Positions 37,858-47,900 of a stretch of 64,000 nucleotides of DNA are shown here, piece after piece. The translations under genes and the position numbers were made by a program. Positions within the stretch are counted from its first letter, which is position 1, and each line of letters starts with the position of its first letter. Origin of the DNA: a virus; IMG/VR virus record IMGVR_UViG_2802428968_000003; one strand, 5' to 3'. The notes beneath the pieces were generated by a model. It saw only the letters and a list, made by a program, of their open reading frames with translations. It was not told where the DNA came from and did not search any database.

Positions 37858-40301
37858 GCGACAACCTGCCCGAGATCCCCGATTGGGCAAGAGATGTCCC
37901 CTCGGCCCCGGTACACCGCGAGCAGGGTGGCGGTCTCACGAGGCCGTTCACAGCCCAAGAGCTCCAGGAGTTCGGCAAGGGGTTCATTGAGCAGTTCCTC
38001 GGTCGCGTGGTGCTCGCGGTCATGGGGCACCTCATTCCCGGTGTGGGTTCGTTTGATCAGCTGCGCGAGTGGGCCAAAGACAAACCTGGTCTCGGCGATC
38101 TGGTCGAGCTGCTGACCGGGATCGAGGACGGCGACGAAAATGATTTAGGGACATGGGCCCTCGGTATCCGCAACGCCCTGGCTGGCATCGATCTGGCCCA
38201 CCCCGAATCGATCCTGACTGCTATCGCCAAGGTGGCGGGCCAGTTCCTCAAGGGCGTTATACCGGCGTCGTGGGTGGCTGATGTGGCCCACGACCTACTG
38301 GGCGGCGCTGGCGGATTCACCGACCCGAAGATGGTCGAGGACAACCCGTACTGGCGATTCGACGCCGCCCAGAACGGGCACCTGTCGGGCAAGTCGATCT
38401 ACCTCAACGCCGATGGCCAGCTGCATGCGATCAGCATCAAAGACCCGTTCAACGTAGCTGCCGGCCAGGCGGTGGACATCTCCGCATCGGCGATGTGGCA
38501 AGGCGTCTCGGCTGCAGCGGGGTCCAATCCGATCCGGTTGTGCATCACCCCGTTTGCCACCGATGGCACCAAGCTCCCCGATATCGTCATCAAGAAAATT
38601 CAGCCCGTGGCCGCGGATTCGTCCTGGATACGTGCCAGCCTGACTGGCTCGTGGACGGTGCCGACCGACGGATCGGTCAAGTCCGCGACAGTGACCCTGG
38701 TGGTCACCGAGGGCGCCAGCGGCGGCCGCATCCACTTCTCTAACGTCACCTCGGTCATGTCGAACCTCGGGCCGCTGCTCGGCAAGTGGAGATCGTTCTT
38801 TGACACCCTTGGCGGCAAAGCCAATTCGGACATCGACGATTTCGAGCAGCGATTCGCCGCGATCACCGCCGACGGCAAGATCACCGCCGAGGAAATCATC
38901 GGGCTACTCGGGTTGGGCAATATCCCGAAGCTGCCCCCGGCCAAGGTGCACAGCCCGATCGGCAGCACCGACATCGGAGAAGACCTCAAGGACACGTGGA
39001 ACAACTTATGGAACGCGGTATTTGGGGACGGATCTAGCGGCAGGGGTCCTGTCGATGTTTCCACCGCGACCGCTGCCCTCAAGAAGAAGGCCGATGACGC
39101 GTACGCGGCCGCGGTGTACGCCACCGACGTTGTGAACCTGCCACGACTGACCCCTCGCTGGATGTCCACAGGCATCAACGACGATGTGTCGTTCCCCATC
39201 ATCAATGCACAGTCGACATTCGTGCCGGCCGACCAAAAGCTGGTGTTCATCCCCATCACGCCGGGTGTTGAGCGCACGTATCGAACCGTGAAATTCGCCA
39301 TCACCGGCAATGGCATGACGCAGTGCTACGTGGGCGTGTACCGGATCAATGAGTCGCTGCAAATTCAGAAGGCCGTCGACCTCGGGAACGTCAAGGCACG
39401 GCTATCGGGCACCAGCCGCGTGCAAGCTCTGACAATTCCGTCGCCGGGATTGACGGTGCCCAAGGGCCACACCGCGTTCATCGGTGTGCTGCAGGTCGGC
39501 AACCCGCAGGGCCTCTACACCACACCGGCCATGCCGACCGTGCTGGAAGTCGTGCAGAACATCCCCCTGTTCTTCACCCAGGACGGCGGCACCGGCTACA
39601 CCTCCCTGCCCACCCTGGTGGGCGGGCACGTGGAATTCACGCCGGTATGGGGCGCCCTGGGCGAGTCGACCAACTTGGCAGATCAATGGACCGAGTACTC
39701 ACCCACCGGGGCGAACCTGCCCCTGTCCGTCTACGACATCCCCAGCGCCAGCACCGTGCTGTACCTGGCGGGCTGCGGTGGCGGTGGTGGGGGCGGCGGC
39801 GGTGACGGCGGCTGGAACAAGCCCGGCGAGGGTGGCGGCGGCGGTTCCTGGAACTCGCTACGGCTGGAGCGCGGCGTCGACATCCCGGTGTCCGTCACTC
39901 AGATCACGGTGCAGTCCGAGCGTGTGGGTTCACCCACAGGTATTGGCGGCGAGCCCGGCAGCAAGGAGACCGACGGCAAGCCGGGCCACGACATCGTGTT
40001 CCGCAACGGCACCGACAACAGCGAAATTCTGCGCTGCGCTGGTGGCCGACTGGGGCGCCTGGCCTATGGCAGCTTCTACAACCGCGACTCGGTGGGCTAC
40101 GGCCCCGGCGATCTTGGGTTCTCCGCGCGCCTGTTCAAGGGCGGGCAGAACACCCCGCCCAGCGCGTCGGTAGGTGCGGCCAACGGAGCCCCGGGCAACG
40201 GGCCCGGCGGCGGCGGCGCGGGCGGTGCCGGTGGTACCGGGGGCAGCGCCGGTACCGGCGGCTGGGGTGCCGCGGGGTACGCCGCGATCAAGGCGGTCTG
40301 A
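37854..40301 (+). CDS. minor tail protein with glycine-rich/collagen-like C-terminus
   Basis: GTGA start overlap at 37854. GCGGGGGGGGGDGGWNKPGEGGGGGSWN and GGGGAGGAGGTGGSAGTGGWGAAG tracts. Confidence 0.55.
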   Translation: MSDNLPEIPDWARDVPSAPVHREQGGGLTRPFTAQELQEFGKGFIEQFLGRVVLAVMGHLIPGVGSFDQLREWAKDKPGLGDLVELLTGIEDGDENDLGTWALGIRNALAGIDLAHPESILTAIAKVAGQFLKGVIPASWVADVAHDLLGGAGGFTDPKMVEDNPYWRFDAAQNGHLSGKSIYLNADGQLHAISIKDPFNVAAGQAVDISASAMWQGVSAAAGSNPIRLCITPFATDGTKLPDIVIKKIQPVAADSSWIRASLTGSWTVPTDGSVKSATVTLVVTEGASGGRIHFSNVTSVMSNLGPLLGKWRSFFDTLGGKANSDIDDFEQRFAAITADGKITAEEIIGLLGLGNIPKLPPAKVHSPIGSTDIGEDLKDTWNNLWNAVFGDGSSGRGPVDVSTATAALKKKADDAYAAAVYATDVVNLPRLTPRWMSTGINDDVSFPIINAQSTFVPADQKLVFIPITPGVERTYRTVKFAITGNGMTQCYVGVYRINESLQIQKAVDLGNVKARLSGTSRVQALTIPSPGLTVPKGHTAFIGVLQVGNPQGLYTTPAMPTVLEVVQNIPLFFTQDGGTGYTSLPTLVGGHVEFTPVWGALGESTNLADQWTEYSPTGANLPLSVYDIPSASTVLYLAGCGGGGGGGGGDGGWNKPGEGGGGGSWNSLRLERGVDIPVSVTQITVQSERVGSPTGIGGEPGSKETDGKPGHDIVFRNGTDNSEILRCAGGRLGRLAYGSFYNRDSVGYGPGDLGFSARLFKGGQNTPPSASVGAANGAPGNGPGGGGAGGAGGTGGSAGTGGWGAAGYAAIKAV

Positions 40302-41356
40302 TGCCCTGGTCCACCAATCCGTCTGCGCCCTCGGGGCAATCGAGTAGGTGGTCGACCAAGCCCGATCCGCCCTCGCCGCCATCCATGGGCAAGTGGGTCT
40401 GGATGCCACGGGTCACTGTCGCGGACTCGGCAGTCGGCGCCGATCTGGCCCATCTGCTGCGGGTGGCCCACACGGGCATCGATCAGGGTGTTAGCGCAGA
40501 CCTCGCCGTCGCAGGAGTGGGCCTACGCGCCAGTGATGCCGGCCGGGGCGCCGACCTGGCGCGGGCGAAGCTGCGCGTGGCTGCACGAGACGCCGGGATA
40601 GGTGCCGACTCGGCCCGCTCCGGTGTGCGCGCCACTGATTCGGCCGTGGCCGCCGAGATGGCGCAGATGCTCCCCCGCGGGGCCGCCGTCGGTGCCGCCA
40701 CGGCCGCCGATATCGCGGTGCTGTCGCGGGTTCGGCTTCCCTCCAGCGCCAGTCAAGCCATCGGGACCGATACCGCCACCGCCCGGTTCAGTCCGCAACC
40801 GGCAGCGCTGACCGCGATCACCGCAGTCGGCACGACCGTGGTCCCGATCCCGGTGTGGTGCCGCTATCTCGATCTGGCGCTGGTCGGCGCTGGCGGCGGC
40901 GGTGCGAGCTCGGGCACGTTCTACCTACTCGGCGGCTTCCCCGGCAGCCCGGGAACCTGGGCCACCACCACTTTGGAGCGCGGCATCCACATTCCCTGGA
41001 CCACAACAACCCTGACATTCGTCATCGGCGCAGGCGGCGCAAAGGGTAGCGGCGGTTTCGCCGGAACCGCGGGTGGCCCAGGTGCGGCAACCACCGCTAT
41101 CGGCGACGGGTGGGCGGGCCTGTCCGCTGCTGGCGGCGCTGGTGGCCCGCAGCACCCCACCGGCATCAACGCCAACGACGGCCCCGGCCCGGGCGACAAG
41201 ACCTACAACGGCGTGACCTACCCGGGTGGTGCCACGCAAACCTCCGATGGCGGAACGGGCTACGCGCCCGGCGGTGCCGGTGCCGGCGGTGCCAACTTCG
41301 GCGGCCCCGGCGGCGTCGGCGGCGCAGGCGGCGCCTGGTGCCGCGCATACCAGTAA
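40301..41356 (+). CDS. glycine-rich minor tail protein
   Basis: GGGASSGTFYLLGG...GAGGAKGSGGFAGTAGGPGAA. Confidence 0.5.
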   Translation: MPWSTNPSAPSGQSSRWSTKPDPPSPPSMGKWVWMPRVTVADSAVGADLAHLLRVAHTGIDQGVSADLAVAGVGLRASDAGRGADLARAKLRVAARDAGIGADSARSGVRATDSAVAAEMAQMLPRGAAVGAATAADIAVLSRVRLPSSASQAIGTDTATARFSPQPAALTAITAVGTTVVPIPVWCRYLDLALVGAGGGGASSGTFYLLGGFPGSPGTWATTTLERGIHIPWTTTTLTFVIGAGGAKGSGGFAGTAGGPGAATTAIGDGWAGLSAAGGAGGPQHPTGINANDGPGPGDKTYNGVTYPGGATQTSDGGTGYAPGGAGAGGANFGGPGGVGGAGGAWCRAYQ

Positions 41357-41378
41357 CCGCAGGAGGGATCACCCAAAC

Positions 41379-41834
41379 ATGGCCAACCCCAACGACATCG
41401 ACAACTACTCATTCCGAATCCACTTCTACAGCAGACGCGAAACCTCCTATTTCGACATCTACATGAACGACGGCGCAATCGGACTGATCAACGGAAACTA
41501 CTACCTCGACGCGGCCCCACACGACCCGAACGTCGGCGAATGCCTCCTGCAATACGTCCCCAAGCTCAACACCACCATCTGGGACTTTGACGACGGCAGC
41601 CTTCCGGCCAACACCGAGGGCTACCTCTGGTACCAGGTCAACGAAACCTACGTCATCACAGGCGATTACCAGCCCTTCGGTGGCCTGATGATCGAGGGCC
41701 AACTCGGATGCGCCTACCTGAAATCCGTCATCGCCCCTTACAGAGACCACCAATGGACGACCGAATCACCCCGCAACGTCGCGCTGGGATACACCCCGCG
41801 CATCAGCGGATGGACCACCTGGGAAACCCCGTAA
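41379..41834 (+). CDS. hypothetical protein (151 aa)
   Basis: ATG at 41379 with AGGAGGG RBS. Confidence 0.45.
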   Translation: MANPNDIDNYSFRIHFYSRRETSYFDIYMNDGAIGLINGNYYLDAAPHDPNVGECLLQYVPKLNTTIWDFDDGSLPANTEGYLWYQVNETYVITGDYQPFGGLMIEGQLGCAYLKSVIAPYRDHQWTTESPRNVALGYTPRISGWTTWETP

Positions 41835-41853
41835 CCAACAGAAAGGCCCCCGC

Positions 41854-42216
41854 ATGTCCGAATACCAAGCACCGCACCGACGCGCCTGCTGCGCCGCAAT
41901 CACCGCACTCGGCAACCGAATCGGGCTATTCGCCGGTTCCACCCGGGTAGGCACCGCCTACGCCGACACCACCTGGGCCACCCCAGTCGATGTCACCGAA
42001 TCCGGCATCGACAAGGCATCATCCACCGGCTCGCTGGTAACCATCTCGGTACCTGGCGGCACCGTGGCCAACGGCACGGTGATCAACCGGTACGGCGTGT
42101 TCAACGGCGCGACCCTGCTGCGCACCGAGGCACTACCGGTCTCCCTGACCGTCAACGACGGATCGCAGCCGTTACAAGTCGATGTCACACCAACATTCAA
42201 GTTCTGGGGGGTGTAG
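41854..42216 (+). CDS. hypothetical protein (120 aa)
   Basis: ORF. Confidence 0.4.
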   Translation: MSEYQAPHRRACCAAITALGNRIGLFAGSTRVGTAYADTTWATPVDVTESGIDKASSTGSLVTISVPGGTVANGTVINRYGVFNGATLLRTEALPVSLTVNDGSQPLQVDVTPTFKFWGV

Positions 42217-42218
42217 TC

Positions 42219-42362
42219 ATGGCCCGCCAGCTTCTCAAGCACTCGGCCTTCTACTCCGCACTTGCCGCCATCTCATTCCGGCTGGGCTGGTGGGCATCCG
42301 ACCGCCTGTCCTCCTACGCCCAAGAGATCGACCCCCGCATCGAAAGGAAGTACACCCGATGA
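42219..42362 (+). CDS. small single-TM protein (47 aa), holin-like, not in the ORF track
   Basis: Hand translation gives MARQLLKHSAFYSALAAISFRLGWWASDRLSSYAQEIDPRIERKYTR. Its TGA overlaps the lysA ATG (ATGA). Confidence 0.35.
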   Translation: MARQLLKHSAFYSALAAISFRLGWWASDRLSSYAQEIDPRIERKYTR

Positions 42363-43006
42363 GTTTCCGCACCGCATACGGCAATACGGTGTCCGAGAAC
42401 GGTTGGCGTATGTGCAACCGGGACGAATGCGACATCGTACGCATCGACGAGCTGTACCTCGTCGATACCGCACCGCTGCGCAAGGGCGCCCCGCTGACCA
42501 TCCTGGGCGCCTGGCTGTACTGGTATGACCGCAACGTCGAAGAGATCACCTCGCCCGTGTGGGGCTGGTCGGCCACAAACGATGTCGCCAACAGTAATCA
42601 CCTGGCAGGCACCGCTGTTGACGTGATGGCACCCAAGTACCCCTGGCAGCGGTACACGATGGATGCCGCCACGCAGGCCAAGGTCCGCAAGGGCCTGGCG
42701 CTGTTCGAGGGCTCGGTGTTCTGGGGCCGCGACTGGTCGCGCCCCGACGAGATGCACTACCAGATGGCCTGGCCCGAGGGCGACAAGCGCAATGACGCGT
42801 TCGCCGCCAAGCTGCGCGCCGGATACCTCGGCATCTACGCGCCCGCGCAGCCCCCGGCGGTCGATCCTATTGTGCTACACCAGCAATTCGTCCAAGAAGC
42901 TCCCGACCGCAAGCTACTTGAATACATCGCCGAACAACTCGGGCCAGGACATCCTGACTGGGCATCGAAGGGTATGACGCTGCGCGACAAGGTGTGGTCC
43001 AAGTGA
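42359..43006 (+). CDS. lysA: endolysin LysA, M15-type peptidase
   Basis: ATG at 42359 with GAAAGGAAG RBS. SNHLAGTAVDV resembles the M15 H.AG.AVD zinc-peptidase motif. Confidence 0.55.
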   Translation: MSFRTAYGNTVSENGWRMCNRDECDIVRIDELYLVDTAPLRKGAPLTILGAWLYWYDRNVEEITSPVWGWSATNDVANSNHLAGTAVDVMAPKYPWQRYTMDAATQAKVRKGLALFEGSVFWGRDWSRPDEMHYQMAWPEGDKRNDAFAAKLRAGYLGIYAPAQPPAVDPIVLHQQFVQEAPDRKLLEYIAEQLGPGHPDWASKGMTLRDKVWSK

Positions 43007-44178
43007 TCCGCATCGGAGACTGCAATGAAACGGTCCGTCAGTGGCGGGCCGTGATGAACGACTGGTTTGGGCCGCTGTACACCCGGCTGCTGGGGCCGCT
43101 GCCCCGCGACACCGACGAGTTCGGGCCGCGCGCTGCCCTGTGGGCCGCCGAATATCAGCGCCGCACCGGCCAGATCCCCACCGGGCAGGTGTCCGATGAT
43201 GACCTACGCGCGCTGGGCATTGCGCCCCCGGCCCCGCCCGCCAACCGCCACCTGGGCCTAATGTTCCGGGGCACCGGAGGAGTCATCGGCCAAGACTACG
43301 TATCTCGCGTCATGCAGGCCGTGGCCAACCTCGTTGAGGAAGTGCACCCCGAATTCGCCGCAACCATGGGCGGACTCCCGGTCGGCGCCGCGGGCAGCAT
43401 CAACGACATTTCGATGGCCAAGGCCGTCGACATCGCCGTGGCCGACGCACAACGCATCTTCGCCGAGCGCTACCGCGCCAACCCCAACATCAAGGTTGTC
43501 ATCGGCGGATACTCGGCCGGCGCGGTCGCGGGCGCCCGGTTCCGCGCGTGGCTGGCCGAGCACTACCCGGACAACTACCTGTGCTCATTCAGCTTTGGTG
43601 ACCCCACCCGGCCCCACGGTGGCAGCTACTACGGCGGCCCAATCCTGGCGGGACAGGGTATTTCATCGTGGCGGTTCGGCGATGTCACCGACTACCGGCA
43701 CTGCTGGCTCACCGACCCTGGCGACATGTACGGCAACATCCCCCTCGGGGTGGTCGGGGACATCATGGACGACTGTTTCGACATGGTGACCGCATTCCAG
43801 ATCACTGACCCACTCGGGGCCGCTGGTGCCATCCTGCCCAAAATCCCCGAAATCGCCGCCAAGGCATTGGGTGTCGAGCTGCCCGCCATATTCGGCGCGC
43901 TCACTGGTGGCCCCAACGGTATCGCCGCGCTCGGCCTACCCATGGTGCTCGGCGGTCTACAGGGACTACTCGGCTGGGGCGATATCAACAAGCTCACCGG
44001 GCCCGCGGCCGCGGCGCAGGCCGCCTTGATCGCGCTGCGTTTCGTCACCACCAGCCCACCGACCGCCGCGCATATTCAATACGAATACCGCGAGGTCTGG
44101 CCCGGCCAAACCTATCTCGGCCTCGCCATCCAGCACGTGCGCGACTGGGCCAGCCGCACCCCCGCCATAGCCGCGTAG
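42994..44178 (+). CDS. lysB: LysB-like lipolytic enzyme with N-terminal peptidoglycan-binding domain (start 42994 or GTG 43003)
   Basis: ETVRQWRAVMNDWFG...GQIPTGQVSDDDLRALGI is PG_binding-like. GGYSAGA Ser-hydrolase motif resembles LysB GYSQG. Confidence 0.55.
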   Translation: MVQVIRIGDCNETVRQWRAVMNDWFGPLYTRLLGPLPRDTDEFGPRAALWAAEYQRRTGQIPTGQVSDDDLRALGIAPPAPPANRHLGLMFRGTGGVIGQDYVSRVMQAVANLVEEVHPEFAATMGGLPVGAAGSINDISMAKAVDIAVADAQRIFAERYRANPNIKVVIGGYSAGAVAGARFRAWLAEHYPDNYLCSFSFGDPTRPHGGSYYGGPILAGQGISSWRFGDVTDYRHCWLTDPGDMYGNIPLGVVGDIMDDCFDMVTAFQITDPLGAAGAILPKIPEIAAKALGVELPAIFGALTGGPNGIAALGLPMVLGGLQGLLGWGDINKLTGPAAAAQAALIALRFVTTSPPTAAHIQYEYREVWPGQTYLGLAIQHVRDWASRTPAIAA

Positions 44179-44316
44179 ATCAGTCCGCCCCCGCGCGAGG
44201 AGAGCGCGCAGGGACTCCCCACACCGTAGCGTTCCCTATCCATGGCGCCATCGAAAAAACTCCCCCTGAACTGCCCAAACGCAGTTATCCACAACCCAAC
44301 CGCCGAGAGGACCGTC

Positions 44317-44613
44317 ATGCACATCACCATCCCGCCCTGGCTCAAGGACGCCGCCGTTGACGCTGCCGAGCGCGCTATCAAGACGTTCGCGGGTGGCTTC
44401 ATCGTCGGCGCCAACCTGGCCGACGCCGCGGTGAACGCAGCCCTGACCGAGATCGATTGGCAGAGCGGTATCAATGTCGGCGCCGGGACGCTGGCGGTAT
44501 CGCTCATCTTCTCTGCGGCATCGATCAAGCTGGGCCGATCCGGTACCGCCTCGGCCACCAAGGCGGTCGTACCGTCCAGCCTGTTCAAGCTCGTGGCGGG
44601 CAGCGGCCGGTGA
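44317..44613 (+). CDS. holin-like membrane protein
   Basis: ATG at 44317 with GAGAGGAC RBS. Two hydrophobic segments. Confidence 0.4.
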   Translation: MHITIPPWLKDAAVDAAERAIKTFAGGFIVGANLADAAVNAALTEIDWQSGINVGAGTLAVSLIFSAASIKLGRSGTASATKAVVPSSLFKLVAGSGR

Positions 44614-44861
44614 GCCCCGACCAGATCCAAGCCGTCGGCGGCGCCATCGTCGCCATCCTGGGCGCCTGGCAAGCCCGCACCTCGCGCAAAGTCCGCGACC
44701 TGGAAGCTCAACTAGCCATCGTCGTAGGCCAGCGCGACCAATATCGTGACAAACTCCGCGCAGCCGTCCGACACATCCGCGAATGGATGGGCTGGGCGCG
44801 ACAACACAGACCCGAAACGCCCACACCCGAACTACCAGCAGAGCTGGTCGACGAGGTGTAG
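44610..44861 (+). CDS. small TM plus coiled-coil lysis-associated protein
   Basis: GTGA overlap. N-terminal TM IQAVGGAIVAILGAW, then charged helical region. Confidence 0.35.
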   Translation: MSPDQIQAVGGAIVAILGAWQARTSRKVRDLEAQLAIVVGQRDQYRDKLRAAVRHIREWMGWARQHRPETPTPELPAELVDEV

Positions 44862-44894
44862 AGAGCCCACACTGATTGCAGGCCAACGAAATAA

Positions 44895-44936
44895 CGCCCC
44901 TCACCCCGACCCGGTGAGGGGCGCTATTCGTGTTTC
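44895..44936. terminator. bidirectional terminator: 11-bp perfect stem CGCCCCTCACC/GGTGAGGGGCG, 7-nt loop, T-rich tail
   Basis: Read directly between the convergent lysis operon and the leftward toxin operon. Confidence 0.55.
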
Positions 44937-44943
44937 TAGTGCA

Positions 44944-45372
44944 CTAATCCAGCACGCGGGCCCGGCTTTGCGTTGTGCCGTTTCTGTCCACCACCGCATC
45001 GCAGGTGTAGGGACGCATCCCCGTGTAACCACCAAACGCGTTCTTGGCGTTGACATTGCCCGTCACCGTAAAGTAAATATCACCGCGGTCGGGCGAGTAG
45101 TCCAACTCGGGATCGCGACCACCTCCATGCGCCACGCCTTCACGGGCCACCTCATCGGCGAACTTCGCACTCTCAGGGTCACGCATGCGCTTCATGAGAG
45201 CGGACTGGCATGTCTCGATCGCGTACTTTTGCCTCACTTCAACGCTCACACCAACGTTTCCGGATTGGCCCGACAGCCCTATTGCGCACGCCGCCATGAA
45301 CGCCAGCAGCCCGACAAATACCCCCAGACACACCCACAACGCTTTCGCCGGGGTGCCCATCTCTCTCGCCAT
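44944..45372 (-). CDS. secreted/lipoprotein-like protein (142 aa)
   Basis: N-terminal hydrophobic signal LLAFMAACAIG. Confidence 0.45.
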   Translation of the reverse strand: MAREMGTPAKALWVCLGVFVGLLAFMAACAIGLSGQSGNVGVSVEVRQKYAIETCQSALMKRMRDPESAKFADEVAREGVAHGGGRDPELDYSPDRGDIYFTVTGNVNAKNAFGGYTGMRPYTCDAVVDRNGTTQSRARVLD

Positions 45373-45446
45373 GGACGGCAGATTACAAGATCACGCCCAG
45401 GTCAGAAGTGGTTACAGGAGTGCTCACATCGCGGCGGGCATGCCCC

Positions 45447-45947
45447 CTACCCGGCGTCGGCGAATTCGGGTTGCTCGCGCAAGTGCCAGCCCGGCGCAAC
45501 GTCCAGGTGGTTGTAGTAGTGCTGGAACAGCTCGATAGCTTCAGCGGCGGATAGGACCTCTGACGGTCGTACCAGGTACTCACTGTCGCCGTTGTAGACC
45601 GTCTCTGACTGCTCGGATTCATTTGCCGCAGAAGGCCGTCCGATGGTGTACATACGCCGAACGCCATCGGACTCTTTCCGGCGGATTTCGACGGTCAGGC
45701 GCTCGGCGGTGGCCCCGCAAGTCTGAATCCACTCATGAGGGTATGGGAACTCGTCGTACTCAGTGCCATCGGGGACCTTATAGATCGAGAACGCCACGTC
45801 TGCGACACCATCCCGATCTTCGCCGATCGAGTTGATATTTATTTCGATCTGCCGGTGCGCCTTCCCTGGCTCAGCGCCCATCCACATAATGAAATCTTTG
45901 TCGGTAGTGTATGTATGCATCTGAAAACCATTGCGCTCAAGACTCAT
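45447..45947 (-). CDS. putative immunity protein of the polymorphic toxin
   Basis: Low-GC ORF directly downstream of the toxin, ATGA overlap at 45944-45947. Confidence 0.45.
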   Translation of the reverse strand: MSLERNGFQMHTYTTDKDFIMWMGAEPGKAHRQIEININSIGEDRDGVADVAFSIYKVPDGTEYDEFPYPHEWIQTCGATAERLTVEIRRKESDGVRRMYTIGRPSAANESEQSETVYNGDSEYLVRPSEVLSAAEAIELFQHYYNHLDVAPGWHLREQPEFADAG

Positions 45948-47596
45948 TCGCCCGCCACCTTAATTACCTCTACCTCAGTGACTTTCACCGTCTCGACTTC
46001 CCCGCTCCTGTTTGTGATCGTAACGTAGGCCGGATTCTCTGGAGTTACGGCCGAGTCGAACGCTCGCTGCTCTGCATTGCGTGTGGCATCACCGGATTTG
46101 ACCTCAATACCTTTGTAAGTGCCGTCTGACTTCTGCGCCAAACCATCGTAGTAGCGGCCATTCTCGACCCCATCGACCTTGGCCTTACGACGCTCAGTGC
46201 TCACCCATTCGTCCGGGTTAGCGCGCCGATAACGATCGATACCCTCTGCCTCTGGTTGGCGACCGTATCCTCGGGCTGTGCCGCCTCGGCCTGTGAATGT
46301 GCCGATGGAATCGCGGTCGTCGCCACGGTTGATGCCCTCGCCGGGTCGTCCAGTCCGGGCCTCCATCACCGTCACGCCGTTGACCGCAGCCTCTTTCGAG
46401 AGGTCGAGGGCTGGCGGTATGGCGACGACCGCGCCACCAGCGAGTAAGCCCGCCCCGGCAACAGCGACAGGCGCCGCGACCGGTGTCGCGGCCCCACCGG
46501 TGAAGACCTCACCGACGCCCGCCGCAGCCATCATGTCGTAGCCGACCGCCATCATGCCGACTCCAGCTGCCATCTGGATTGTCTGGCCGGGGTTGTCGAT
46601 CATGGCCTGCCCCAAGGATGCAGTGGCGTTCACTACCGGGGCCACGGTGTTGTATATCTCGTTTCCGAAAAGCTCAACCTGCATCTGTACCAACGACTTT
46701 AGGGTGTCGATGACCATCGATGCGCCCTGGATGATCGGCGCCAGCAGCAGCGCGAGCGACTGCACTTCCGACTTGAACTGGTTGACGATGTTGCGGATGT
46801 CGGCGGCGATTTTCTTTATTTCGTCGTCGTCTTCGCCGGTAATCCAGTCCACGACCTGTTTGGCACCGGTCAGCGGATTTACCAAGCGGGCCAACAGGTC
46901 CAGTATCGATGCGTGCGCCGTATCGATCTTGGCCGCGTAGTCGTTGAGCTTGGTGCCCATGGTGCTGCACATGCCGCCGACCTCGCCGACAGCACCGTCA
47001 ATCGTCTTGAACGCGCTATCGATCTTGGGACCTTCGGGGATCTGCTGGGCCTGCGCGGTTGCCTGCGCCCCCGCTAGTCCGGCCTGCTGAGCGGTGAATG
47101 CCGCACCGGCAGCCGTCCACGCGGCGCCAGCGGCGCGCAGCTTCGCCGAATCACCATTGGGCCAAATCATTCCGATGAACGGCTCCACCAGGAACCAACC
47201 GGGTGGGTCGCCAACATCGCTACCCACCGCAGACGGTGGGGTCCCGGCCTTCACCGCGGGAGTGGGTGAGGCGGCGGGCAGTGGGTCGCCGCCCTTGCCG
47301 TCGATGTTGGATGCCACCTCGGCACGCGAATAGTTGGTCGCCGAGGCCCGGATGCCGTCAGCGGCCCGCCCGGCACCGTTGGACACGTCCACCATCGCCT
47401 CAAGGAGTTCCTTGGCTGACGAGTCATACGATCGCGCGAACACGATCCCGGCGGGGTCATCCCCACCCATACCGGCCGAACTCGACAGCGCCGACTGCAA
47501 TGCCGACAGCGCAGAGCCCCACCCGCCCACCGAGCTGGAGACCGTTCTACCGGCGCCATCGAGGGCAACCGGGTCGACATGAATCGGGGGTGCCAT
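45944..47596 (-). CDS. WXG100-type (ESX-secreted) polymorphic toxin with putative PD-(D/E)xK nuclease-like C-terminal domain
   Basis: Start MAPPIHVDPVALDGAGRTVSSSVGGWGSALSALQSALSS at 47596. Ala/Gly-rich helical middle. C-terminus YYDGLAQKSDGTYKGIEVKSGD has a D...EVK pattern. Confidence 0.5.
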   Translation of the reverse strand: MAPPIHVDPVALDGAGRTVSSSVGGWGSALSALQSALSSSAGMGGDDPAGIVFARSYDSSAKELLEAMVDVSNGAGRAADGIRASATNYSRAEVASNIDGKGGDPLPAASPTPAVKAGTPPSAVGSDVGDPPGWFLVEPFIGMIWPNGDSAKLRAAGAAWTAAGAAFTAQQAGLAGAQATAQAQQIPEGPKIDSAFKTIDGAVGEVGGMCSTMGTKLNDYAAKIDTAHASILDLLARLVNPLTGAKQVVDWITGEDDDEIKKIAADIRNIVNQFKSEVQSLALLLAPIIQGASMVIDTLKSLVQMQVELFGNEIYNTVAPVVNATASLGQAMIDNPGQTIQMAAGVGMMAVGYDMMAAAGVGEVFTGGAATPVAAPVAVAGAGLLAGGAVVAIPPALDLSKEAAVNGVTVMEARTGRPGEGINRGDDRDSIGTFTGRGGTARGYGRQPEAEGIDRYRRANPDEWVSTERRKAKVDGVENGRYYDGLAQKSDGTYKGIEVKSGDATRNAEQRAFDSAVTPENPAYVTITNRSGEVETVKVTEVEVIKVAGE

Positions 47597-47600
47597 CGCG

Positions 47601-47891
47601 CTATGCCCAGTTCTGCATGTTCTTGGCAGCGGCGCCTGTGTAATTGCCGTGCGCGGCGTGGCTCGCGCTACGTAGGCCCTTGAGCGCTTCGCGCATCTGC
47701 TCGGCGCCCTTGGCCCACTTCTCGTGCGCCTGCGTGTGGGCCGTGGCAGCTTCACCTGTGAAGGTGGCGTGCAGGTTGTGAACCTCGGTGTCCATGGCCG
47801 CTATCGACGCCTCGGCTCGCTGCTCAACCTCTGCCATGCGTTCGATGATCCGCATGAGCTCGTCGGGCACAACGCCGAATTCACCTGACAT
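47601..47891 (-). CDS. WXG100 (ESAT-6-like) protein
   Basis: 96 aa, helical hairpin composition, GGGGGAGAA RBS. Confidence 0.55.
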   Translation of the reverse strand: MSGEFGVVPDELMRIIERMAEVEQRAEASIAAMDTEVHNLHATFTGEAATAHTQAHEKWAKGAEQMREALKGLRSASHAAHGNYTGAAAKNMQNWA

Positions 47892-47900
47892 CTTCTCCCC

